Assembly (NCBI GenBank): GCA_965275905.1 | Contig: CBDHYJ010000078.1 | Span: 83,773 to 147,772, forward strand | DNA: 64,000 bases | Reading direction: 5' to 3' | Source of the DNA: Hyphomicrobiales bacterium | GTDB taxonomy: Bacteria; Pseudomonadota; Alphaproteobacteria; Rhizobiales; JAJFHC01 | In this document: piece by piece, positions 19,978 through 29,800 of the stretch | Position numbering within the stretch: position 1 is the stretch's first letter | Layout of the letters: the number at the start of each line of letters is the position of its first letter | Position numbers and translations under genes: made by a program | The notes under the pieces: model-generated | Databases searched by the model: none | Seen by the model: only the letters and a program-made list of their open reading frames with translations | What the model was told of the DNA's origin: nothing

Positions 19978-20826
19978 ATGGCGCTCGAAATCAAGATACT
20001 CGACTACGGGGACATCGAGCTGGAAACGAGCTTTCTCGTGCTCGGCCACGAGTGCGGCCGCATCCGGCGGGTGCCGGTCTATGGCTATCTGATCCTGGGC
20101 GGGAAGTACCCGGTCCTGGTCGATACCGGCTACCGCGACAACGCGATCATGGAATCGCTCGGCATGCGCGGGCTGCAATACCACGAGAACATGATCGAGA
20201 ACCAGTTGGCCAAGCACGGACTCAAGCTGGGCGATATCCGCTACATCCTGCACACGCACCTGCATATCGACCACGCGGGCAAGGACGACCTGTTCCCGAT
20301 GAACACGACGGTCGTGGTGAACCGGCGCGAGCTCGAATGCTCCGTGTCCGGTCTCATGCACCCGCAATACCCGCAGCCGGACATCAAGCACCTGATCGAC
20401 CGTCTGCACACCCAGGACGCGCTGCGCTTCCTCGATCTCGAGATCACCGGCACGGAAGAAATCATTCCGGGCGTGTGGTGCGAAGCGGCCAATGCCCACA
20501 CGGAAGGGTCGATGAACGTGGTGGTCGAGACCGCCGACGGTCTCGCCAATATCTGCGGCGACGTGATCTACAACTTCAACGACCAGATCGTGAACCAGGT
20601 GCGCCAGACCCAGTTCATGGAGCCGCAGGTGACGGGCAACCACGCGGGCTCCAAGCGGTCTGAGAAGGGCGCGATCAAGAAGCTGCTCCACAATTACCAG
20701 TTCCTGCTGCCGATCCACGACAAACCGGCGAAGATCGAGGAACAGCAGATCGTCGGGCGGCTCGAGGCTCAGGTTCCGGGACCGATCGTGGAGTCGCTGC
20801 CGAAGCGCGACTGGTTCCCGGTCTGA
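19978..20826 (+). CDS. Metallo-beta-lactamase-fold lactonase (AHL-lactonase/pyridoxolactonase-like)
   Basis: LVDTG, THLHIDH (HxHxDH), HTEGS, CGD, PIHD. Confidence 0.88.
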   Translation: MALEIKILDYGDIELETSFLVLGHECGRIRRVPVYGYLILGGKYPVLVDTGYRDNAIMESLGMRGLQYHENMIENQLAKHGLKLGDIRYILHTHLHIDHAGKDDLFPMNTTVVVNRRELECSVSGLMHPQYPQPDIKHLIDRLHTQDALRFLDLEITGTEEIIPGVWCEAANAHTEGSMNVVVETADGLANICGDVIYNFNDQIVNQVRQTQFMEPQVTGNHAGSKRSEKGAIKKLLHNYQFLLPIHDKPAKIEEQQIVGRLEAQVPGPIVESLPKRDWFPV

Positions 20827-20851
20827 CGCCTGCCTGGGGAGGACAAGGACG

Positions 20852-22446
20852 ATGACGCACGAAGCCCTGCGCCCGGAATTCAACGACCTGATCGACCAGT
20901 ATGCGCCTGTCGGCCAGCTCGCCACGGGGTTCGAGTTCACCGAAGGGCCGATCTGGCATCCCGTGGATCAGTTCCTCCTGTTCTCGGACATGCCGGGCGA
21001 CGTGCGGCGGCGCTGGGACCGGCACGGCGTGCGCGAAGTCATGCGGCCGTCGAACAAGTGCAACGGCATGACCTACGACGCGCCGACCTCAACCTCATCG
21101 TCTGCGAGCACTCGACGTCGTCGCTGATCCGGGAACGCCGGACGGGCGGCGCGAGGTTCTGGCCTCGCACTTCGAGGGCCGGGAACTGAACAGCCCGAAC
21201 GACGTCTGCGTGCGCTCGGACGGATCGATCTATTTCTCCGATCCATGGTACGGGCGCATGCCTGGCTTCGGCGTGGAGCGGCCCCGGGAGCTGGGCTTCC
21301 AGGGCGTCTACCGCGTCCGGCCCGGCACGGTCGGGCAGGAGCCGGAGCTCGTCGTCGACCGCATGCTGTTCGATCAGCCGAACGGTCTGTGTTTCTCGCC
21401 GGACGAGTCCATCCTCTACATCAACGACACGACCAACGCCCTGATCCGGGCCTTCGATGTCAATCCGGACGGCACGCTCAAGAACGGGCGGCTGTTCGCC
21501 AGCGGCATCAAGTCGGACCTGCTGCCGGGCGTGCCCGACGGCATGAAGTGCGATGCGCTCGGCAATGTCTGGGTCACGGCGCCGGGCGGCGTCTGGGTCT
21601 ACGCGCCGAGCGGCACGCTGATCGGCAAGGTGCGCGTGCCCGAACTGGTCGCCAACCTGCACTGGGGCGGCGAGGACTGGCGCACGCTCTACATGTGCTG
21701 CGACCCATTCCGTCTACACCGTGACGACAAAGGTCGGGCCACGGAACGAACCTTTCATGCGCACGCGCGGCGGGCCTGAAGCCGGGACTGTTTCGGCAGC
21801 GCCGCCCCCGGAGGCGCCCGCTGCTTCTCCCTCAAGCGGGGGCCTCCGGCTAGATCCGGGACGATGCGCGCTGATCATCCAGGACATGCAGAACGACGTG
21901 GTCATGGAAGGCGGCGCCTTTGCGGAGTCCGGATCGCCGGCGCACTGCAAGCAGCAGAACAATATCGAGCATTTGCGGCGGCTGGCCGACGTGTGCCGGT
22001 CCAAGGGCGTCATGGTCATCCATGTCTGGTTCGTGGTCGAACCCGGCGCGCCGGGCGTGACTTTGAATGCGCCGCTGTTCGAGGGGCTGCGGGATGCCAA
22101 TGCACTGGTGCGCGGTACCTGGGGCGTGGCGGCGGTGACAGGCCTGGAGCCGCGGCCCGGCGATCACGTGGTCACAAAGATGCGCATGAGCGCCTTTGAA
22201 GGCAGCACTCTCGAAACCGTGCTCAAGAGCGGCGGGCGGGACACGATCATCAGCACGGGGGCGTGGACCAACATGTCGGTCGAGCACACGGCCCGCACAG
22301 GCGCCGACAAGGGCTACAAGGTTGTCGTGCCGGAAGACTGCTGCTCGACCATGAATGCCGACTGGCACAATGCGTCGATCAATTTCGCCATGCAGAACGT
22401 CGCCACCGTGACGTCCACGAACGAGCTCATCGCCGCGTTCGGATGA
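20852..22446 (+). CDS. SMP-30/gluconolactonase fused to an isochorismatase-like domain; indels near 21080, 21137 and 21699
   Basis: FTEGPIW, FSD, LNSPND, YFSDP, PNGLCFSPDE, PDGMKCD; reframed C-terminus runs through a Pro/Ala linker into ALIIQDMQND...KMRMSAF...GAWTNMSVEHTAR. Confidence 0.8.
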
Positions 22447-22549
22447 CGCGTGAGCCCGCCGGAATGCGCGCTCAATGCCGGTTGGACTCGACTCAGTGCG
22501 TCAAGTACGCTCGAAATTCCATCGACTCCACTCACGAGGGGAGAGCCAC

Positions 22550-23191
22550 ATGATTATCGGTGTGTTGAATCAGAAGGGTGGCGTTGGCAAGACGACGGTC
22601 AGCATCAATCTGGCCGGGTACTTTGCCGATCAGGGGTACAAGACCCTGCTGGTCGATGCGGACCCGCAGGGCAGCGCGCAGAACTGGTCGATCGTGCGCG
22701 AAGCGGAACCGAAGTTTCCGGTCATCGGCATGGCCAAGCCGACCCTGCACAGGGACCTTCCTGCTGTTGCGGGCGACTACGACATCACGGTCATCGACGG
22801 GGCGCCGCGCGTGAACGATCTCGGCCGTGCCGCGATCCTTGCGAGCGATCTCGTGCTGATCCCGGTCCAGCCGTCGCCGTTCGATGTCTGGGCGACCGAC
22901 GACACGGTCCGGCTGATCCGCGAGGCGCAGCAGTACAAGGAAGGCATCGACGCGGTGTTCGCCATCAACCGCAAGATCGTCAACACCGCGATCGGACGTG
23001 ATGTGGCCGATGCTTTTGCGGAGCAGCCCTTCGAAGTGCTGCCCGCCACGCTGTGCCAGCGCGTGATCTATGCGGAAAGCGCGGCCCAGGGGCTGACCGT
23101 GCTCGAAGCAGCGCCCGCCAGTCTTGCAGCGCTTGAAATCGCCTCGCTCGGCCGTTCGCTCGTTCAGGAGCAGGAAAGCCAGGCGGCATGA
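22550..23191 (+). CDS. parA: Short ParA/ParF-type Walker-A ATPase (no N-terminal HTH)
   Basis: NQKGGVGKTT, LVDADPQGS, VIDGAP, LIPVQPSPFD, QRVIYAESAAQG. Confidence 0.92.
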   Translation: MIIGVLNQKGGVGKTTVSINLAGYFADQGYKTLLVDADPQGSAQNWSIVREAEPKFPVIGMAKPTLHRDLPAVAGDYDITVIDGAPRVNDLGRAAILASDLVLIPVQPSPFDVWATDDTVRLIREAQQYKEGIDAVFAINRKIVNTAIGRDVADAFAEQPFEVLPATLCQRVIYAESAAQGLTVLEAAPASLAALEIASLGRSLVQEQESQAA

Positions 23192-23628
23192 ACAAGAAGA
23201 TCTCGTTCAAGCGGCCCGCCAAGCCCGCCAGTCCGGAAGCGGACGACTGGGTCAAGGCCGGCGGGGACGATGACGAGAACGGGGCGCCGCCGAAAAAGCC
23301 GGCGGCCGCGAAGCCTGCAGCGCGCAAGCGCAAGGCGGCGGCCCCTAAGCCGAAGGAGAAAACGGAGCCGGCCGCAAGCCCCGCGCCGGCAGCCCGGGCT
23401 CCAACACCCTCATCGATGACTGCAGCCACCGTTCCGAGCGAGGTCAGGTGGCTCGACCGGACGCTCGACAGTGTCGACCGGCAGCTCGAGACCATTTCAG
23501 CGCGGGTCGTGGCGCGCCTCGGCCAGTCAGGCAAATCCGATGCGGATCTTATGGCCGAGATCGGCCGCAAGGCCGACCGGACGATCAAGCGGCTCGAAGA
23601 CCTGAAAAAGTCGCTGCGCAGGAGCTAG
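23188..23628 (+). CDS. Putative ParA partner/adaptor: basic N-terminal peptide, K/A/P-rich disordered region, C-terminal helical segment
   Basis: ATGA overlap with parA; MNKKISFKRP...ADDWV N-terminus; no recognisable ParB or RHH domain. Confidence 0.75.
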   Translation: MNKKISFKRPAKPASPEADDWVKAGGDDDENGAPPKKPAAAKPAARKRKAAAPKPKEKTEPAASPAPAARAPTPSSMTAATVPSEVRWLDRTLDSVDRQLETISARVVARLGQSGKSDADLMAEIGRKADRTIKRLEDLKKSLRRS

Positions 23629-23778
23629 AGGTCGTCCCTTGCTATCATTTTGGCAGCTGTTCTTTGGCCGGGTTTCTATTGGTGTCGACGGATGCCTTGA
23701 CTAACGTCGTGTCAATTTATGTGAAGAAACATGATTGCGTTTGACCAGAATACAGTACGTAATCTCTCATTCTAATTG

Positions 23779-24525
23779 ATGGCGAGTGATTTGAAGCTGC
23801 AGGATTGGATATCTCTTGGCGCGTTTTTGGTGTCCGGACTCTCTGCTTACGCTGCGATCCAGGCCAAGAACACGGCTCAGGAACTTTCCGAACGCGAGTT
23901 TCGCACCGAGAGAACGCTCGAAATTCTAGCGTCCGTTCATACGGAAATGACCAAAGCGGGAAATGATCCTGAGAGGCTTGCGCGGAGCTGTTTTTTTGTG
24001 GCGACGCTAGGAAATGCAGAATTACACCTTCGTAAGAACGAACCACCTCATTTTGTCCGGAATTACGTTGAGGACGTCTCGCGCGCCGGCTTGTGGCCGC
24101 CGACGTGTGATTCAAAACTCGAATCATTAATCTCCGATAGTGCGCCTGCGGCGACTGACGTCGAAGCCTCCAGCGGAAGTCCAGACACTCCCAGCAAGAT
24201 CGGCCAATGGCATGCTTTGATCGCCTCCTATAACGTTACAGAAAAAGGATGCAACGAAGCCAGGAACGACGTGAAGTACTTCGCGCCGAGATTGTCCGGA
24301 CAAGGTTTCAAAGGAAAGCTTGTCTACGTCGTGCGCACAAAGATATCGAATAATTACGCTGTCACTGTAGATGCCGGAGATGACCGGAGTACTGCATCAG
24401 CGATTTCCGATGTCATTCGGTCAGTTGGTCCCCCTGACGGCACGGGGCGCGATTCATTTGTTCAAGGCAATCGCAGCTGGTTCATAGACCAGAATTGCAT
24501 CGAGTTCGCCCGCATTGCTGACTGA
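23779..24525 (+). CDS. Hypothetical protein with N-terminal hydrophobic segment, lower GC than flanks
   Basis: ~250-codon ORF in visibly AT-richer DNA; WISLGAFLVSGLSAYAAI hydrophobic stretch. Confidence 0.7.
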   Translation: MASDLKLQDWISLGAFLVSGLSAYAAIQAKNTAQELSEREFRTERTLEILASVHTEMTKAGNDPERLARSCFFVATLGNAELHLRKNEPPHFVRNYVEDVSRAGLWPPTCDSKLESLISDSAPAATDVEASSGSPDTPSKIGQWHALIASYNVTEKGCNEARNDVKYFAPRLSGQGFKGKLVYVVRTKISNNYAVTVDAGDDRSTASAISDVIRSVGPPDGTGRDSFVQGNRSWFIDQNCIEFARIAD

Positions 24526-24671
24526 ATGCCGCCTCGGTGCACTCTGTCTTTGCGGCAATGTCAATTCGGCCGCCGAAGCCAGACTCCGGTTTATTGATGC
24601 ATTGAATTGCCAAGTGGCGAGATCCGACCATGATCAGATCTGCGGTCGGGGCTTGGGGCAATTCCCGGGAA

Positions 24672-26789
24672 TTACTGTACGAACACCGTGATCCTGTCCG
24701 ATTTGCCCGAAGCGTCGAGCACGGAGATGGTGACGAAACCCGGGCCGTCGGGCATCCAGCTCGTCGAGCGCGAGAAGTGCGAGCGCTCGATGAGCGTGCC
24801 GTTCACGAACCAGACGAACGGCGGCACGCCGTTGCGGATCTTGATGGCAAGCGGCGAGGGTCGGGCGCCGTCGCCAAATCCCAGATCGACTTTCAATCCT
24901 TCGCGCGGAAAGGCGATTTCCGGATCGGTATCGGTCTGGCTCCGGTTGGCGTCGGGGTGACGGAAACGCTGCAGGGGACCGGGCAGGGCGCCGGATGCGG
25001 ATTCGATGACACCCGGCGGCGCGGCCGGCAGAGGCGTGCGCTTCGGCGACAGCCGGTCGAAGGCTTCCATCAGAAGCGGTGCGGCGGTCTCAAGCCCTGA
25101 CAGGCCGGGGACGGGGGCGCCGTCGGGCCTGCCGACCCAGACGCCGATGACGTGCTTGCCGTCGAAGCCGACCGCCCAGGCGTCACGGTATCCGTAGGAC
25201 GTGCCGGTCTTGAACGCGATCTTGCCGGGATAACCGTTAGCCGGCGGTGATGTGTCGGTCAGGATGTCGCTGACATACCAGGCCGCGAGCGGTTCAAGGA
25301 CGGGCGGCGTGTCCGTCAACACAGATACCTCCACGGTCTCGTGCAGGGGTGGGGACGTGCCGGCATTTGCGAAAGCCGCGTAGAGCGACACCAGATCATG
25401 CAGCGACATGCCGATGCCGCCGAGGCCGATGGCAAGGCCGGGTGCTCCGTCCTTCGGCAATTTCGGTGTGGCGCCGGCCCGTCTCAGGCGCGCCATGAGG
25501 CGCGTCGGGCCGACCGCATCGAGCACCAGGACGGCCGGCACGTTGAGCGACTGGGTGAGGGCGTCGCGGACGGTGACGGTGCCCCGGAAACGCCCGTCGA
25601 AGTTGACGGGGTCGTAACCGGCAAAGGCCGTCGGGCGATCCTCGACGAGGCTTTCCGGATGGGCAAGCCCCGCCTCGAAAGCGAGGCCGTAGATCAGGGG
25701 CTTGAGCGTCGATCCGGGCGAGCGCAGGGCCCTGGTCATGTCGACGAAGCCGTTGCGCGACGTCTCGAACAGCCCCGCGGAGCCGACGGACGCGAGCACC
25801 TCGCCGGAAGCATGATCCGCAACGAGGACCGCGGCAGAGAGCCGTGATGTCCGGTTAGTGAGCCGGTCGGCAACGAGTTTTTCCAGCGCAGTCTGGAGCG
25901 TCCGGTCGATGGTCAGGCGATGACGCGATACCGACGCATTGCGTTGGATCGCTCTGTCCGCGGCATGGGCTGCAATGATCGGGAAGTTCCGGCGTTTGGC
26001 GGGCATGCGTTCGCGTGCGGCTCCGGCGGCCTCTCCGGCTGATATCACGCTGGCCCGCGCCAGTCTCTTGAGGACGCGGTCGCGGGCGCGCTTCGCCGCT
26101 CCGGGGAAGCGGTCGGGCCGGCGGGCTTCCGGCGACTGCGGAATGGCGACGAGCAGAGCAGCCTGTGCAACGGTGAGCCGGCCCGGCTCCTTGCCGAAAT
26201 AGGCGAGGCTCGCGGCCCGTATCCCCTCGAGATTGCCGCCATAGGGCGCCAGGGCCAGGTAGAGATCGAGAATGTCGTCCTTCGACAACCGCCGTTCGAG
26301 CGCACGCGCCAGCAGGATCTGGCGCAGTTTGGCCTGCAGGCTTCTGGTCGGCCTGGCCTCGATCAGCCGAGCGACCTGCATGGTCAGGGTCGACGCGCCG
26401 GACACGATCCGCTGAAACACCGCCAACTGACCGGCCGCGCGGAGCATGGCGCGATAGTCGACCCCGCCGTGTTCCCTGAAGCGGCGGTCCTCGTAGCCGA
26501 TCAGCATGTCGAGGAAGCGCCGGTCGACATCCCCGGTCTTCGCCGGCAGGCGCCAGCGCCCGTCCTCGACCGCGTAGGCCCGCAGCAGAAGACCGTTCCG
26601 GTCGAGCACGACGGGCGAAACAGCGAGCTTGTCCGGTTCCGGTATGGCGGGCAGGATCCGCTCGATCGCATTGATGACATGAGCGAGCGACGACACGCCG
26701 GCAAGACCGCCGACCGTGGCCGTCATGGAGGCAGCCAGCAGCAGCGGCGGAGCGATCCGCCGCCATGCCGATATGTGTTTGCCTGTCAT
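24672..26789 (-). CDS. pbpC: Penicillin-binding protein 1C
   Basis: Transglycosylase EDRRFREHGGVD, SGASTLTMQVAR; transpeptidase RSPGSTLKP, SLN, KTGTS; directly downstream of alpha-2-macroglobulin. Confidence 0.95.
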   Translation of the reverse strand: MTGKHISAWRRIAPPLLLAASMTATVGGLAGVSSLAHVINAIERILPAIPEPDKLAVSPVVLDRNGLLLRAYAVEDGRWRLPAKTGDVDRRFLDMLIGYEDRRFREHGGVDYRAMLRAAGQLAVFQRIVSGASTLTMQVARLIEARPTRSLQAKLRQILLARALERRLSKDDILDLYLALAPYGGNLEGIRAASLAYFGKEPGRLTVAQAALLVAIPQSPEARRPDRFPGAAKRARDRVLKRLARASVISAGEAAGAARERMPAKRRNFPIIAAHAADRAIQRNASVSRHRLTIDRTLQTALEKLVADRLTNRTSRLSAAVLVADHASGEVLASVGSAGLFETSRNGFVDMTRALRSPGSTLKPLIYGLAFEAGLAHPESLVEDRPTAFAGYDPVNFDGRFRGTVTVRDALTQSLNVPAVLVLDAVGPTRLMARLRRAGATPKLPKDGAPGLAIGLGGIGMSLHDLVSLYAAFANAGTSPPLHETVEVSVLTDTPPVLEPLAAWYVSDILTDTSPPANGYPGKIAFKTGTSYGYRDAWAVGFDGKHVIGVWVGRPDGAPVPGLSGLETAAPLLMEAFDRLSPKRTPLPAAPPGVIESASGALPGPLQRFRHPDANRSQTDTDPEIAFPREGLKVDLGFGDGARPSPLAIKIRNGVPPFVWFVNGTLIERSHFSRSTSWMPDGPGFVTISVLDASGKSDRITVFVQ

Positions 26790-26803
26790 CTCTGCCGCCC
26801 CCG

Positions 26804-29800
26804 TCAGCGCAGCGGTCCGACAACCTCGACATATCCGGCGGCCGTACGTCCCCGCCGGTCAGGCCGGTACATATCCTCGACCGTGGCGGCCGGGTGGGAG
26901 AACCGTCCCGGCGAAACGGCCCTGACCGTGTAGGCAACGCGGAGTTCGGTCGTCTCGCCGCGCTTGCGGTTCATGGCGGCGACGAAGCGATCGGCGCGCG
27001 CCTCGACGTGGACCGCGGTCTGGTCGACCTCGAGCCAGCCGTAATTGGCCGGCTTGCCGCTCTGGGTCAGGTTCGGGTTCTCGATCTCGAAGCCTGCGGG
27101 CAGCGGATCGACAATCAACAGCCGCCCGGCCTTGTCCTCGACGGCCGTGACCTTGAGCATCACGACGAAGCGGTCGTTCTGTCCGACGGTCTTCACGTCA
27201 ACGGGCTCGCCCTTGGGCGTGAAGTAGCTGCGTTCAATCGCAAAGCCGTTGGCATCGGCCGGCTCAAGCGTCTGCGGGATGCCGGTCGCGGTGATGATCG
27301 CCTCGACATCGCGGTCGCCGCGGTTCTCGACAACGACTGCTTTTTCCCCAAGCGCGTCTCCATCGAAGCGCTTGAACAGGGCCTCTGTGGTCATTTCGCC
27401 GTCAACCGCGAGCGCGAAGTTCGCGGCGTTCCGGTAAAGCGCGTTGGCGGCCAGCAGCAGCCAGGCGTTTTCCTGCGTGCTGGTATGAATGTTCCGGTCG
27501 CGCTCGTCGGAGATACGGCTGGCGAGCCTCGCGATGTCGACACCGGTCTGTCCGGTCTCGGAAGCGAGTGTGAGAACGGCGGCCTGATCGCGCATGTGCG
27601 AGCCGTAGTCGGAGCGCCAGGACCGCTGTCCGTCGCTGTTTTCTTCGAACGAGGCGACGGCTGCCTTGAAGGCGGACGCCGAGCGCTGCCGGTCACCGTA
27701 AAGTGCGAGTGCGGCACCGATCTGGGCCTTTGCGAGCGGCGTCGAGAATGCGCCCAGCTTGACTTCTGCGAAGTAGCGCAGGTCGCCGATGGTGGCACGG
27801 CCGTTGCGGGCCAGCACATAGAGCGAATAAGCGATGCCTTCGCCGCCGCGTTCGAAGTCGTTGGCGTAGGAGAGGCGGTTCGACAGGTTGTCGAGCGCCG
27901 TGTCCTTGGCGACCGCCGGGACCGTATACCCCTTCTGGGCCGCTCGGGTCAGGAAGTCGGTGATGTAGGCGTCGAGCCAGAGATCGCCGTCCCCCGGCGA
28001 CCAGAGGCCGAAGCCGCCGTTCGAAGACTGGACGGCGAGCACGCCGGCGATGGCCTCGTCGACGCGCTCCTTGATCTTTTTGTCGCCCGCAAGACCGGCG
28101 GCCTTGGAGACATCGTCCAGATAGACCAGCGGCAGTGCCCGACTCGTGAGCTGTTCGGCGCAGCCATAGGGGTAGCGGTCGAGCGCCAGCAGCAGGCCGG
28201 GGACGTCGAGACGCCCGGCAGGGCTGACGGAGACCGTGGCGGCCGCCGTGCCCGCGATGAAGCCGTCCAGCAGTCCGGTGTCGATATTGACCCGGCCCGA
28301 ACCCGCGGCGAGCGTTACGATGCTGCGGCGGATCACCGGCTGGTCCGTATAACGGACGTCGAGCGTCAGCGTTTTCTCGAACGTCTCGCCGTCGGGCGTG
28401 GTCAGTTCCACGGAAATATTCGACGTGCCGACATCGTCCGCGGTGACCGGTATGGCGACCGTGGTGCGGGCGTCCTTCTCGAGGCTGAGTGTCCGCCCGG
28501 CGTCGCTGTCCGGGATAGTGACGTAATCGTCGGCCGAAACGCTGAGCTCGTGATCACCGGCCTTGCCGGAGACGTTGCTGACTTCCACAAACAGGCGTGA
28601 CTGGTCGCGCGGCGTCAGGAATCTGGGCAGGCTCGCCAGGACGACGACCGGATCGCGAACCAGAAGGTCCTTGCCGGCGTGGCCGACACCGTCCTTCGAC
28701 CAGGCCATGGCCATCACGCGGACCGTGCCGTTGAAGTCCGGCATGTCGAACGTCACTTCGGCCTTGCCGTCGGCATCGACTTTGACGATGCCGGAATAGA
28801 AGGCGACAAGCTTCTGCGTGGGCGGCGGACCCTTGAGGCCGGCAGCCGAACCGTCGCCGCCGGAGCGGATGCGCCCGAGCGCACCTTGCGTGCGGTCAAT
28901 GAGCTGACCGTAGAGGTCGCGCATCTCGACGCCGAGCGCGCGCTGACCGAAGTACCAGTCGTCAGGTGCGGGGTCCTTGAAGCCGGTCAGGCTCAGGATA
29001 CCGGCATCGACGGCTGCCACGGTCACGTAGGCTTCCGTGTCCGCGGCGAGGTTCGAGATTGAAACGGGGATCGACAGGGGACCGCGCGGCCGGGTCTCGT
29101 CCGGCAAGTCGATGGCGACCTGAAGGTCGCGGCCGGCGGGGTCCACATCGAGCCACTGCAGGCCCAGCGCGCGGCCGGGCATGCGTTTGGCCTCGATATC
29201 CATGGGCCGGTAGAGGGTCGCGGTCACATAGGCGCCGGCGCCCCACTTTTCCGTTACGGCGAGATCGACTGTCGTTCCCTCCGCGGGTACCTCGACGGTT
29301 CTGGTCTCGATCAGGCCCGTGTCGACAACGGCTATGAGGGCGGTGCCGGCAAAGCGCGGGTTGATCCTGAGTTTGGCCGTCTCGCCGGGGCGGTACTTCT
29401 GCCGGTCGAACGAGATGTCCAGAAAGTCCGGTGTCTCGGTTGCGGCGTCTGCGGAGTACCAACCGGCGCTGAACTCGACGCTCGAGGCCGTCGGCGAGTC
29501 GCCGGAGGAGGCGACCTGCAGCCTGTACCGGCCCCATTTTACGGGTGCTGAGATCCGGGTTGGCGTATCCGCCGCTACGTCGACCGTGCCATCAGCGACA
29601 CGACGGGCCGCCGAGACGCGCTCGTAATTCCAGCGGCCGTTCTCCTGATACCACTGGAACGAGGTCTCGACCTTCTCAAGCGTCCAGGAGAGCTTGGGAC
29701 TAGCGATCTTCGTCCCGTCCGGGGCCATCATGATGACATCGAAGCCGGCCGTGCTGCCCTCGTCGACGGAACCGTCCTTGAACAGCGGCTTGATCCCGAT

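Noticed and set aside
22550..24660. Integrated plasmid or genomic island
   Set aside because: No integrase, rep, transposase, tRNA or att repeats seen; cannot be fully excluded
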